Shown: in pieces, positions 13,680 to 26,757 of the stretch
Numbering within the stretch: the first letter of the stretch is position 1
Layout: each line of letters starts with the position of its first letter
NCBI RefSeq assembly: GCF_006345805.1
Contig: NC_043002.1
Coordinates: 28,892,001 to 28,956,000, forward strand
Length of the DNA stretch: 64,000 nucleotides
Source: Octopus sinensis
Lineage: Eukaryota
Reading direction: 5' to 3'
Notes under the pieces: model-generated
Database searches by the model: none
Told to the model about the DNA's origin: nothing
Seen by the model: only the letters and a program-made list of their open reading frames with translations
Program-made: the position numbers and the translations under genes

Positions 13680-14240
13680 ACGCTTGGAGAAATCTGGAAG
13701 GAGAAAAATATCATATCGCTTGTAATATTATGCTAAAGAGATGGAGTTTAGAGAATTAAGCAAAACCTGCCATGCTGGACCGAGTATAAGAAGGCTTATT
13801 GTTTCAGTCCTATATGATTTGTTTCGTAAAAGTAATGGAAGTACATCAATATAATAATACCATATGTATGAGGCTGTTGCTACTAATTCAGATGTTATAT
13901 ATCGAAATATATTCATGAGTGCGAAAGCAACCCAAATGCTGGAAAAGGTTAACGACTAAAATGTGTCGAGGACAGATAAAGACTCTGACTAGAGGATTTC
14001 AGAAAACTTACTCCCGGTTAAACTACGCGATTTTGTACGCATATATGCGAATTATGAAAGGGATTCTCACTCCTATACGAAAGACAATTCTGTACAACTT
14101 TAAATATTACGTTAACCTATACTAGACTCTATTCCAAATATTATGGGACGACAGTAAATTATATTCTGTATATCGATGTTTTCAAGTTATATGTTGTAGA
14201 CGATAAACAAATGAAAATTCTGTTACTGATAGTACACAGA
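13680..14240 (+). pseudogene. Highly decayed LINE reverse-transcriptase fragment (RTE-like)
   Basis: Scattered motifs across frames: EIWK, GFQKTYS, RIMKGIL and LFQIL, in the expected order for RT subdomains 0-3. There are many stops. Confidence 0.3.
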
Positions 14241-15600
14241 TGCGCTTAAAAAAAAAAAAAGATAAGAGAAATTTGAAATCAGGGGGTTCATATTATCAGC
14301 AATTTCAGGCTAAATAGAAATAAATGAACACGGTTGAAAATAAAAGACAAAAATGGAAGAAAATATAAAAAAGGACTATTGCAGATGTCATAGTATAATC
14401 CTTAAAAGAGAACTAATGTCAAAAACAAGTTAATGTGGGTCAATACTCCAGTTGTACCAGTAATGATTTATTCGCACCACTCACAATTTAACAGAGAAAT
14501 ATTGTTGTTTTCAACGTATAGAGAAAATTATTGTAAAATATCTCCTGTAGAACAACAAATATATCTCATAAAGATGTTGGTGTCGGTGGTAATTAGTAAT
14601 GTTAAGAGGGTAGTGGCTTTTTCAGTGACGGTGACGTAGTGAGTGGCAATATTGGTGAAAATGCTGATCGTGATATTAGTGGTTGTTGGGGTTGTTTAAG
14701 CTCCATGTGGTGATGAAGACGGAGCCGATGTTGATGTTGTTGGTGGTGTTGGTAGTGGTGGTGGTGGTGGTAGTGATTGTGGCGATGATAATGAGCGTGG
14801 TGGACAATGACTTCATTACACAGTGGAGATTTATAAGTTTTCCGCTTAAGTACACTTATGTGCTAACAGCTCGCCTGATCAACGCCTGTCGTTAAACAGG
14901 CCGTAAACAGGATTGCAGACTCCATCGCTTACACTTCCCAACTTATGTCTCTATCCTCTTCTCATCTCCCCTTATTTCTCTCTCTCTCTCCCCCTTCTTT
15001 CTCTCTAATTCCCCTCTCTGTCTCTTGCTGTCACCATGATCTGGCTTTCCTGTCTGTCTCTCTATCGGGCTGTCCACCTCTGTACCTCTCCTTCTTCCTC
15101 TCCTCCTTGTATGTGTGGATGAATTGCTTTTGTGCGTGCGCGCGCGAGTCTGTGAGCTTGTTTGCGATTGCGTTCGTGAGTTTATTCGTACCGTCTACTC
15201 CTTTTCATTTTCAGGTTTCAATAGCTAGAGCGGAATACCACTACCACAACCACCACCACCATCACAACCAAAACCACCACAACCACCACCACCACCACCA
15301 CCACCGTCGCCGCCGCCACCGCCACCACCACCACCATCGCTGCCGCGTTCCACCACCGCTCCAAAACAACTATGATTCCAACATCACTACAATAACCCCT
15401 CCCACACACACACAATTACAACACTACCACAGTTATCATTACTGTTAGAATCACCAATTTTATTCACACTAACAACACTGTTGATACAACGTTAATATTA
15501 ATACTATCACTACCACTAGTATCACCGATTAATATAACGTAATCCCTAATTCTACAACCAACACTACAACCCTTATCATGAACCAAATGAATGTTTACAA

Positions 15601-15832
15601 CAGTGATTCTCAACCAGGGTTCATATGGCCTTTGGAGGCCTATATAAGATTTTATCGTCAAAATTTATCTGCATAAATTGGTTCTACAATACACAAAATA
15701 TTTTAATTTTTTTAATACACTTTCTGATAATATTATAAAAATACAGTTTTTTTTTATATACACTGAATGGTTATGGAGGTCCTAAAATAAGAAGCAAATG
15801 GTCCATAGGCCAAAAAAGGCTAAGAAACACTG
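15601..15832. mobile_element. hAT (Charlie-type) MITE
   Basis: TIRs CAGTGATTCTCAACC and GGCTAAGAAACACTG. The flanking 8-mers GTTTACAA and CTCTAAAC fit the nTnTAnAn target pattern but are no longer identical. Confidence 0.65.
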
Positions 15833-15934
15833 CTCTAAACGGTCCTTCGATTCACCAGAAATAATACCATAAAGTTATTTAAATTACACTTTACTTTCTT
15901 TAAGAAGAAAGAGTACGTTGCGAGACATACACAA

Positions 15935-16550
15935 GACCAGCTGGTCACGGATGGGATATTTTTGATCGTATAACTGTCTTCTTAATCATAAATGCTCTGG
16001 GGCTAAACGACAGTGACAATAGCTGACACGCACAGCCACATCATTTATAATGCAGTCTGTATAGTGGAGTGCTGGTCGTACAAACTGGCTAGTTCGTCAC
16101 GGTTGGAATATCATTGAACGTGGGTCAGCTCAATTATGACTGATCCAGAGCGGAACAATATCCACGCAGCACTACTACTAAAAGTCAATTTAATATCACC
16201 ATTAACATATCCCTATCAACCTCTCCACCAACACTACTACCGTTATCCTCGCTATTGCCCTCAGCACTACCACAATCCTAGCCACTACTACCATTTCCCC
16301 TACCCCACTACCAACCAAATGTACACCATTTTGCTAATATTTGCATGAGTGACGTCTGATACAAACACATTCGTAATTACCAAAATTTAGAGTCAATACT
16401 TCTTCAAATCATACCATACAGTGTTTGGAAAGCACTGAATGTTATTTTAAATAATCTAGTCTGAAATTAACTTTCAGAAAAACGGCATGGTCATAGCGGG
16501 AACGTCTTTGATCTGTATAGGCAGGGCTGGTTCTGGGTGTTAAACTATAT
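15935..16550 (-). repeat. Three decayed fragments of a dispersed repeat containing GTTTAGCCCCAG...GATCAAAG..TTCC..CCGTGACC
   Basis: Related segments at ~15935-16015, ~16085-16160 and ~16480-16550. Confidence 0.35.
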
Positions 16551-16644
16551 TATAAATATGGCCACCAAGCAACATACTCCGAAGAATGCTTTAGTAACTT
16601 TCTCCCACTAATATTATCAGACATGCTTGCGTTGCAAACATTTC

Positions 16645-17015
16645 TGTGAGGTTAAGAAATTTACTTCGTAATAAGAACACCTATTCATCCTCAACTCCAC
16701 AGTGCGGTATCACGGGAAAATGTTTTGTACGACAGTCATAAAGCAGTCTTGCGTGTGAAATTTCGTTGGCGGAAACTGTGCAAGTCCGTTGAAGAGGGTG
16801 GTGGATTCGTTCTAAGTTCTTAGGTGGCTGATTTAATCGGTCAGCCTGTTCAACATCCCTACTGGTCTTTTGGGTATCGTCAGCAGTATCAGCTAGTGGA
16901 ACCGTAAGACCATTTCATTGAATGACTTGCGGTATTTGTTCCACTTCCTGTTTTCTGAGTTCGGATCCTGCCGAGGTCAACTTTGCCTTTGATTCTTTCG
17001 AGGTCGATAAATAAA
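16645..17015 (+). mobile_element. Two decayed SINEs (family B-like 16645-16790; family A-like 16885-17015)
   Basis: Residual GGCGGAAACTG motif and GCCGAGGTCAACTTTGCC...GGTCGATAAA motif. Confidence 0.45.
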
Positions 17016-17572
17016 GTATCAACATAGAGGGGGAGATGGGTTTGGGAAAGCTGCTTTGTGATATCTGTAATGGTTTCTGGCGTTCTAACAGCAGATTCTG
17101 TGAGGAACACTGGGGCTAAAACGTATCGCCTCAAAGCAGTGTCTTGCCCTTGGAGAAATACAGGTTGCATAGAGAAAGAGGATTTATATCTGAGGGAAAG
17201 TAGTTATTTGCCTGGAATTACTTTGATTATGCTTGCACCCACATGTGTAGATACATGACGCAACATTTGTCGGCGATAGGCCGGTAGGGGCTCAACTCTG
17301 TTACAAGCATTCATGCGACGTCTGCGATCAAAGACTAACTATCTGAGATGCTTCTAGCAGTTTTGTAGGATCTAGGAAAAGCTCACTGAAACAAACCTTT
17401 CGTTTTTGACGAAAACAATGATAAAACACTGGTGCAATATTTTCAACAGCAACAGCAACAGCAGCAGCAGCAGCAGCAGCACCACCACCACCACCACCAC
17501 CACCACCACCACCACCACCACCACCAGGATAGAGTATGTTTCTCGATTAGGCATACATAGTCATTGGAAAAT

Positions 17573-17963
17573 GGAGGCGCAATGGCCCAGTGGTTAGGGC
17601 AGCGGACTCTCGGTCATAGGATCGCGGTTTCGATTCCCAGACCGGGCGTTGTGAGTGTTTATTGAGCGAAAACACCTAAAAGCTCCACGAGGCTCCGGCA
17701 GGGGATGGTGGTGATCCCTGCTGTACTCTTTCACCACAACTTTCTCTCACTCTTACTTCCTGTTTCTGTTGTACCTGTATTTCAAGGGGCCGGCCTTGAA
17801 ACTCTCTGTGTCACGCTGAATATCCCCGAGAACTACGTTAAGGGTGCGCGTGTCTGTGGAGTGCTCAGCCACTTACACGTTAATTTCACGAGCAGGCTGT
17901 TCCGTTGATTCGGATCAACCGGAACCCTCATCGTCGTAACCGACGGAGTGCTTCCATCCCATC
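17573..17963 (+). mobile_element. Full-length tRNA-derived SINE (family C) with 11-bp TSD
   Basis: A box TGGCCCAGTGGTTAGG, B box GGTTTCGATTCCC and a short (CATC) tail. TSD CATTGGAAAAT at 17562-17572 and 17964-17974. Near-identical copy at 31661-32048. Confidence 0.92.
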
Positions 17964-18916
17964 CATTGGAAAATCTAAAAGGATGGACATCTGGAGGTGG
18001 TTAGTTATTTGATCAGCTACCTATGAATTAAGGACGAAAGTAACTAAATCAATGCTCGACCCACTAAAAACAGTAGCCAAATGTTTCTCAGACAACACCT
18101 TCCTGTGTCTAAGACTTAAGCATATAAATATAGTGGATAGTCAATATAAGATTTTTGATTGTAGATTAGATGTTCGATCTGGTACCATGTATCACGTAGA
18201 TATTAACAAGAACGACAACAATACTAACTATGACACCATCATCATCATCATCATCATCAACATCATCGGTGGCGGAGGCGGCGGCGGTAGCAGCAGTAGC
18301 AACAGCAGTAACACCAGCAGCAGGGGCAAAAGCAGCAGCAGTAGCAGCCAGCCAACCAGCCAACCAAACAGACAGACAGCCAGCGAGAAAGTATGCTGCC
18401 AATGATCTGATTAATATGGGGTTGATCGTGGTCTAAATAACATCCCTATCACCGCTACTCCCCCCCCCCCACCATCATCATCGTACTATCATCATCAACT
18501 AAAGCTACCATTCCTTTCAACACCATCAACAGCCATCATCCCTAAAACCAATACCTCCATAGCAATGACAACGAGGACATGAATAACAACAGTAACAATA
18601 ACATCCAATTACAATTATCCCGACGACACCAGCCACAAGAATTAACAAAATCTCTTAAATCCCTCCACCTTCAACTCACTGTATACCCTTCTCCTTTACT
18701 CTCCTCTCTCTGCTACTCTTTCTTTCTCGCTCTCTCTCTCTCTCTCTCTCTACGTTCTTCTCTCTTCTAATACGATCTGCATTACCCTCTCACTACACTT
18801 TCCGAATCTCTCTCTCTCTCTTTCTGTGCCTCTCTGTCTCTCGTTCTCTCTCCATCTGTCGTTTATTTGTTTGTATGTCTGTCTGTATATCGGTTTGCCT
18901 GCCAATAATAGTGTCC

Positions 18917-18968
<52 letters not shown>

Positions 18969-19008
18969 TATTAAATCTCTCTGTCTTTTTCTCTCTTTCT
19001 CTCCCACG

Positions 19009-19074
<66 letters not shown>

Positions 19075-19119
19075 GTCTGTCTGTCTGCCTGCCTGTCTGT
19101 CTGTCTGTTTGTCTGTCTG

Positions 19120-19202
<83 letters not shown>

Positions 19203-19639
19203 GCATTTAGCATTATCACTCTTGTCTTTACATTTCTTCTTCATCATCTCATCCCCTTCTCTCTCTTTAGCTGTCGCCTCTTTCACTCCTCCTCCTCCTC
19301 CTCCGTTTCTTTCCTACACGCAACCAAACAACGTCCGTGGTTGTGCTGGGAATATGTGGTTGAATAGCCAAATAAATTGATGTATGACCAAGATCGGTTG
19401 TTTTGTGTGCGACACATCCCATAACGCATTTCAAGTAATGCTCTGAGTGTGTGTGTATATGTGTGTGTGTAGGGGGTTAGAGGGTAGTGTGAAAGAAGTA
19501 GGGGGGCACCAATGGGTTTCGGTGTGGCTTGAATTATAATAAAGTATAATGACAAACTTATCAGTAGAGTAAGGAGGATCACATACGCCATGAGATTTCC
19601 TGGTAGATGAGGCGAACGATAAAATATCAATAAAGAGAT

Positions 19640-19812
<173 letters not shown>

Positions 19813-20010
19813 AACCCTTTCTACTATAGGCACAAGGCCAGAAATTTTGAGAGAGCGGGGGCCAGTCGATTAGATGGACCCAAGTGCTTCACTGGTACTT
19901 AATTTATCGACCCCAAAAGCATGAAAGGAAAAGTCGATCTCGCTGGAATTTGAAGTAAGAACGTGCACAGACGAAGTGCCGCAAAGCATTTTGGCCGACA
20001 TGCTAGAGTT
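19813..20010 (-). mobile_element. CORE-type SINE (family A)
   Basis: CTGGTACTTAATTTATCGACCCC...GAAAGG..AAGTCGA core in reverse orientation. Confidence 0.8.
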
Positions 20011-20103
20011 TCTCGTCGTCGTCGTAGTAGTAGTAATAGTAGTAGTAGTAGTAGTAGTTAGTAGTAGTAGTAGTAGTAGTAGTTAGTAGTAGTAGTAGTA
20101 ATG

Positions 20104-20186
<83 letters not shown>

Positions 20187-20224
20187 AAGGTTTTGTAGCT
20201 AGATATGACTAGTTTGCCACTTCA

Positions 20225-21390
20225 GTAATAATAATAATGTTTTCAAGCTTTGGCAAAGGCTAGCAGTTTCTGGGGAGGGAGTAAGTCGGTTCAACTGGTA
20301 CTGATTTTATCGACTCTCAGATATAAAAAAGTTTGGGTCGACATCAGAGCAATTTGAAGTCACAGATTTAGGAACTGGAACAAATATCTTAAAGCATTTT
20401 TACCATGATTTCTTTTATTATTTGTAGTGTTTCGTACAAGACCTGCAATGTTGAAGGTAAAGCATTAGTCTGCATGGACCAGGGCTTGACTGACACTTTA
20501 TCAACATTGAAATGATGAAATGCAGAAGTGACTTCGACTTCATTTGAATACAGAACGTAAATGACAGTGACTAAATACTTCAAGGCATTTTTGTCCGACA
20601 TTCTAATGCTTCTGCTAGTTAACCTTTTAACATAGGCAGAAGACCACAAATATGCAGGGAAGTAATAATCAATTAAGTTGAATTCCAGTGCTTGGCTGCT
20701 AATCAAAAAGTGCCTGGCCTAGTGGTTAGGGTGTCGCTCGTAAGATCGTGGTTTCGATTTCCAGACAGAGCAGTTGTGATATGTTGTTGAGTAAAACCCT
20801 TTAATCCGCGTTGCTCCATCGACTCAGTAACCCTGCGACAAACTAGAGATTGCTATCATTTCCGTAACGTTAAGGAAACAAGGTAACCGGCCCTACGAGT
20901 TGTAGAATTCAAGACACAAGAGAATAATGTCCCGGGAGGCTTGATTGGTATTTAATTTTAGAAACATAGCAAGTAAAGAAGACAAAGTTCGCTTCGGTGG
21001 GATTTGAACTCAGAATGAAAAGAACCGGAAGAAATAGCGCAAGGCATTTCATCTAAGACTCTACCAATTCTGCCAATCCATTGCTCTTATTGTTTTTCGA
21101 AGACTGGAACGAGATCAAGAATTCAAATAACGAGTAGAATGGAAAATCCTGGATTCCAGTTCTTGGCTAGAACATTGTTTAAGGATTGCCGTAAATATGG
21201 AACGTTAATATTGGAACTCAGTCATTTCTACTAATACAACAAAAGGAGTTGGGTGCTGGTGATAAGAGTGTCTAGTCGATTTAATGGATCACAGTGCTTG
21301 GCTGGTACTTAATTGACCAAAGGCAATATTGATTTCGTTGTAATTTGTATTCAGAATGTAGCGAACGGTGACTAAACACTGCAAGACAGC
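20225..21390. mobile_element. Cluster of decayed SINE copies (about four family A on the minus strand, one tRNA-headed copy on the plus strand at ~20712-20850)
   Basis: Repeated degenerate CTGGTACT...TCGAC...AATTTGAA motifs, plus a head reading GGCCTAGTGGTTAGG...GGTTTCGATT. Confidence 0.5.
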
Positions 21391-23176
21391 TTGTCCGTCA
21401 CTCTACGAACTTTGAAGGCGATAACGAAGGCAGCCGTAACGACGATCATGAAGCGGATAACGACAATACTGATGGCGGTGACGGTGAGGATAATGATGAG
21501 ATTGAGGAAGAGGATCACCCACAATAACAACGATGAGAATAATGGTAGTACTTTTAACTATAATGACGAAAATGCTGCTGCTGCTGCTGCTGCTGTTGAT
21601 AATGATGATGATCATGATGATGTCAATGATGATTATAATGACGCTGACAGCAACGGCGAAGACAACGACGGAGACAATATAGACAACGACAATAAGGACG
21701 AAGATAACGATGCTGTTTTTGCTGCAGAAAAATCATGTTGATGGTGATGACGACGGCGACGACGATGATGATAATGATGACGATGATGATGATGATGATA
21801 ACAACGCTGCTTCTGCTACTAATAGCAATTATAATGTTATTTATGGCGATAACAGGCCTATTTATTACTTGACTAGCACGTGTTTTATGGACTCAGATAC
21901 ATTGAAAAGACCTGTTTAGATTCGAAACACAAATGTTAATGGATATGACTACATGTCACAATGTATCACGACGTTAGAAAACAATCTCAACCCCATAAAC
22001 AAAAATATGATCCATCGTACATCCAACTATATTGCCATTAGAAGTGTTAGATGTAGCAGTCAAATTCTCCTCAAACCACACTCTGCCGTCATAACATAAA
22101 TGGAAGGAAACATTATGTTATGTACACCAAGGTATACTGGGTCTGAAAAGAAAGAAAAACAAAAGAATGAATGAAAGACCTAATGGACTGGGCAGGAATG
22201 ATCTTGACCATATGATTTCTGGATCAAGTTTAACGTCGGATTAGGGAACAACTGAACAATATCAGGAAAAAACAATGACAATACATCACATCAATACTAC
22301 AATACTACTACTAATAATACTAATACTGCTACTGATGATAACAATAACGATCATATATATACTTCCTCTCTTGAATCCTACCCACATTTTCTCTTCATCC
22401 CAATGCCATACCCTTACCCTCACATCTCTCCCCACACCCACATCCCCATCCGAACCCACATCCAGCCCTATCCCTACCACACACTACCCCACATCCACAA
22501 CCCATACCCCACATCACCACACCACATCACACCATCACATCACATCACCACACACCACTCCACACACACTAGCACTGACCAGTTCCCCTACCCTAAATTC
22601 CCCACACTCCCAAACCACACCACACAACATCCCACACCACATCACACCACTCCACACCTACAAGCACTGACCACTTTTCGGCACCCACATCACACACCAT
22701 CATCCGTACACCCACATATTATAGACGCACACACCTAGATACGCACACATCCTTACACGTCAAAGTCACTAGTCCCTATCCACACACACACTTACACATT
22801 ACCACCTGCACACACACGCACGTGCACCTTCGTTTTCTGATCACCAATACTTTATTATCATCCCTTCTTTCTACTTCTCCTGTCAAATCTTTTTTCCCAA
22901 CCAGTCGCCATGCTTGACAGCTAAATCCATATTTATTAATATTCTCTCACTGTTTATTTTCTTTCAGTCCTTTCTACTAAAGAGCGTAAGCTCGAAACGT
23001 AAAAGACTTTTTCCCTTTCCAGAGCGTCAGACTAATACACTTGATTGTTTTTCATATATCTGTCTTCGTAATTTTTCTGTAAATTTCAAGTATATATATA
23101 TATATCGTAGACTGCAGGTAGTGAGCCCGCTACGCATGCAAGACTCCAGGAGCTTCAACAAAATCAGTGATAACGA

Positions 23177-23209
<33 letters not shown>

Positions 23210-23229
23210 AATAATAAAAAATAATGATG

Positions 23230-23280
<51 letters not shown>

Positions 23281-23320
23281 GTAATAATAATATTAGTAGT
23301 AATAATAGAATAATAATAAT

Positions 23321-23713
23321 GGTTTTAAATTTTGCCTCAAGGGCAGCAATTTGAGGGGAGATGATGAGTCGATTTCATCGACCAATGTTCAACTGGTACT
23401 TATTTTATCGACCCCAAAAGGATGAAAGGTAAAGTCGACCTCGATGGAACTTGAACTCAGAACGTAACGGCAGACGAAATACCTATTTCTTTACTACCCA
23501 CAAGGGGCTAAACATAGAGGGGACAAACAAGTATAGACAAAAGGATGAAGTCGATTACATCGACTCCAGTGCGTCGCTGGTACTTAATTTATCGACCCCG
23601 AAAAATGAAAGGTAAAGTCAACCGCGGCGGAATTTGAACTTAGAATGCAGCGGCGGACGAAATACCACAAAGCGTTTCGCCCGGCGTGCTAACGATTCTG
23701 CCAGCTCGCCGCT
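23321..23713 (-). mobile_element. Dimeric CORE-type SINE (full monomer plus headless second monomer)
   Basis: The junction at 23483/23484 reads AAAGAAATA|GGTATTTCGTCTG on the minus strand; the same junction occurs at 53710/53711. Confidence 0.85.
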
Positions 23714-23719
23714 TTAAAT

Positions 23720-24135
23720 AATGATAATAATAATAATAATAATAATAACAACACAACAACAACAACAACAATAACAACAACAATAACAACAATAACAATA
23801 ATAATAACAACAACAACAACAATAATAATAGTAATGGTAATAATAATAATAATAATAATAAGAAGAAGAAGAATGATGATGATGATGACGACGACGACAA
23901 CAAAAACAAAAACAATAATGATAATAATAATAATGATAATAATAATAACAACAACAACAACAACAGCAACAATAACAACAATAACAATAATAACAACAAC
24001 AACAACAATAATAATAGTAATAATAATAGTAGTAGTAATAATAATAATAAGAAGAAGAAGAAGAAAAAGAAAAAGAAGAAGAAGAATGATGATGATGATG
24101 ACGACGACGACAACAAAAACAAAAACAACAGCAAC

Positions 24136-24166
<31 letters not shown>

Positions 24167-24200
24167 TAATAACAACGACATAATAGCAATAACAAAAACA
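23720..24200. repeat. Compound (AAT/AAC/GAA/GAT/GAC)n trinucleotide array with an internal higher-order duplication
   Basis: The block GAAGAAGAATGATGATGATGATGACGACGACGACAACAAAAACAAAAACAA occurs twice. Confidence 0.9.
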
Positions 24201-25099
24201 ATAGGAATAATTCAAAGACGAGAAATACTAATAATAATAATGCCCATGAAAATAAAAGGAAGCAGTTAAACAATGACAAAAGTACAGTAAAAGAACGCAA
24301 GAAAACTGGCAATAGCATTAACGACAACAACAACAGCAACAGCAGTTGCAATAATAATAATAATAATAATGAGAGCTACATTAGCAGCACCAACAGCAGC
24401 AGAAGCTTCAGATCCAGTAATTAAATGATCACCAGCAGCAAAGTGAACCGGAACAAAAGCATGAACAGGAAACGTTTAACCTTTATTATTGAGGTCAGGT
24501 CAAGCAGTGAAAGGAAAAAAATCAAATATTGAGTCTTAGATAAGGTCTGGAATAGGCCTTAGGGGCTTACAGACTCTTCTTTCCACATGACATACTACAG
24601 GAAAAAAAAAAAAATGGGGGTGGGGTGGGGTGGGGTGCAGCAGACAGACGTAAACAGCCCGTAGGATCATTGAGGCGCGCGGAATAACAGGGGCTGTATA
24701 TAGAGTTGAGGGTAAAATATAAGGGGGGAGGAATGGTTGGGAAAGTGATTTTTTTTTTCTCATCCGTAAGCTTTCATGTTTTGAAGCTTGTCCTTCAGAT
24801 GAGGCTGGTAGCCTTTCGTTTTGCTAATTTTCTGCGGAGGAGAAATGTGAGTAGTGGTGGTTATTGTAGAGGTGGTGGTAGTGGCGGTGGTAGAGCTGTT
24901 GCTGCTGCTGCTGCTGCTGCTGCTTCTGTTGGTGATTTTGAAGCTATCGGTTGTGACAAGGATGAGGGAGGAAGGACAGAAGGAGGATACCTGTAATTAT
25001 TGCTACTTTAGAGCCAATCTCAGATAGCATACCGCAGTTTTGTTACCCAAAGGATGTGACACTTGAACAACCAATGTCAAAAAGATCAGCAACAATAAT

Positions 25100-25130
<31 letters not shown>

Positions 25131-25319
25131 ACAACAAACAACAATAGCAGCAAAAGCAAAGACTGTATTTGAAACATCAATAGAAATAACATTTATAACA
25201 CTAAAAATATTCTAATGTTATTTTAGAACTGAGTCATATATAAGCCACTGGATATAATCACTACAGTTAAAAGACAGTTTACCAAAATAAGGCATTTATA
25301 CAATCTATATAAAATTTCT

Positions 25320-25740
25320 GAGCGAGATGTAAATAGTAGCAAAACGGAATCGTAACATAATCGCCAACCTAGGGTGGCGTCTCAAACGGGTTAGTGCTAA
25401 AGACATCTCCACCAGCTGGCTAACGACGAACATACTGTGTCCGATTAGTATTTGCGAAAGGAAGTCATCGCTTCCAAAAAAGCATGTAGTGTTTTGTGAG
25501 TTGGGTGAGTTTTCATCACTAGCTGGTGATTAACACACGCTGAGGACGGACAACCACCCAGAAACCTGAATCCGTGAGTATCATGTAAGGCTAGGGATGG
25601 GAGCGATGATCTCCCGTCGCAAATACTAATCGTACACAGAATGTGTGTCGTTAGCCAGCTGGAGGAGATGTCTTCATGGGGCTATAAAAGTCAGTAGCAC
25701 TATCCCGTTTGGGACGCCACACTTGGTTAGCAATTATATG
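25320..25740. mobile_element. Head-to-head fold-back element with a central hammerhead-like remnant
   Basis: 25357-25476 is the inverted copy of 25598-25738. It is homologous to 56050-56371 and more distantly to the 9-kb unit. Confidence 0.65.
25533..25579 (+). ncRNA. Decayed type I hammerhead ribozyme
   Basis: ACACACG-CTGAGGA-cgg acaaccac cca-GAAA-C ctga ATC-CGTGAGT. Stem I pairs at 6/7 positions and the core is intact; stems II and III are mutated. Confidence 0.5.
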
Positions 25741-26160
25741 CTTTTATACAATTTATACAATGGTCATAAGATAGGTAACTATACGAAAAACTTAGGTCAG
25801 GGATAACACATCTAATGTATGTTTTATTACAAAAGTGATAAGTATGTGTTTGAGGAGACATCCATACAAGCGTCTCCCACGTTAAAGAAGCAATGTGTCC
25901 TGGAAAACATTAACTTAAGTTGAAATTTTGTAACGTGAAGCCCATTTCCCACTGTTTTCCAAGGGCGTTAGTGGGAGCTATTAATTTGCATACTGCAAGC
26001 GTTTCACGTTTATTTAATATCAGAGTCGACTTTACAAAGAATCAAGGCACTACGGAATATACGTAAAGCTATGCATTAGGCACACAGATATACCACGTTT
26101 ACCTATTTCTCCAGATAATTGTACATGTTTATATGCATTTATATTTACACGCACACATGC

Positions 26161-26195
<35 letters not shown>

Positions 26196-26757
26196 TGTGT
26201 GTGTGTATGTATGTACGTGTGTATGATCGCTTGGGTGTGTATATTAATTTTTAGTATACACATTAGCATTTCGCAGTTTGCAGACTCATAGAAGAGTGTG
26301 TAATGATTGTCCAAATCGAAGTTAATACATATATACTGGTAATACATATATACTGGTAGAGGGATCTCTACGAGTATTAGCCGATCAAGCGCCGTTCGAG
26401 CAGTCCTCATTGACGATGCCCACAGTCATAGGCGAAACTATTTCTAGTCTAAGCATCCGCAAGCCGGTCAGTTACCTCCCCTGTCAGCATGTTGTACGCA
26501 TTTTGCTCTTGTCTTACATCATTAAGAGTATGTTAACATTTATTTCTAGGAACGTATGTACTTCAGCATCCTTAGCCACAATTGGTGACAACTGAATATT
26601 TTCTATATGGTATCACATTGCACCTGGCTCGACACACAAGTGCAAACAAGGGAGTCAGAGAAAGGCAGAATGCCACTTAAATCTGAACACTACTATAGAA
26701 ATATTCTTTTTAAAAAAACTTTTCTTCTAATTTTTCTAAATTTAATTATTTAATCGT

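Noticed and set aside
17573-17650. tRNA gene calls for SINE heads (also 26877, 32048, 53479)
   Set aside because: A and B boxes continue into SINE bodies with tails and TSDs, with no complete cloverleaf or terminator.
23640-24351. Poly-L/I/V/Y ORFs resembling membrane proteins (also 38432-38980, 60026-60370 and others)
   Set aside because: Pure trinucleotide microsatellite translations.
26340-26600. Coding-looking stretch (SPIVAKDAEVHTFLEI...)
   Set aside because: Multiple stops and frameshifts, and no family I can name.
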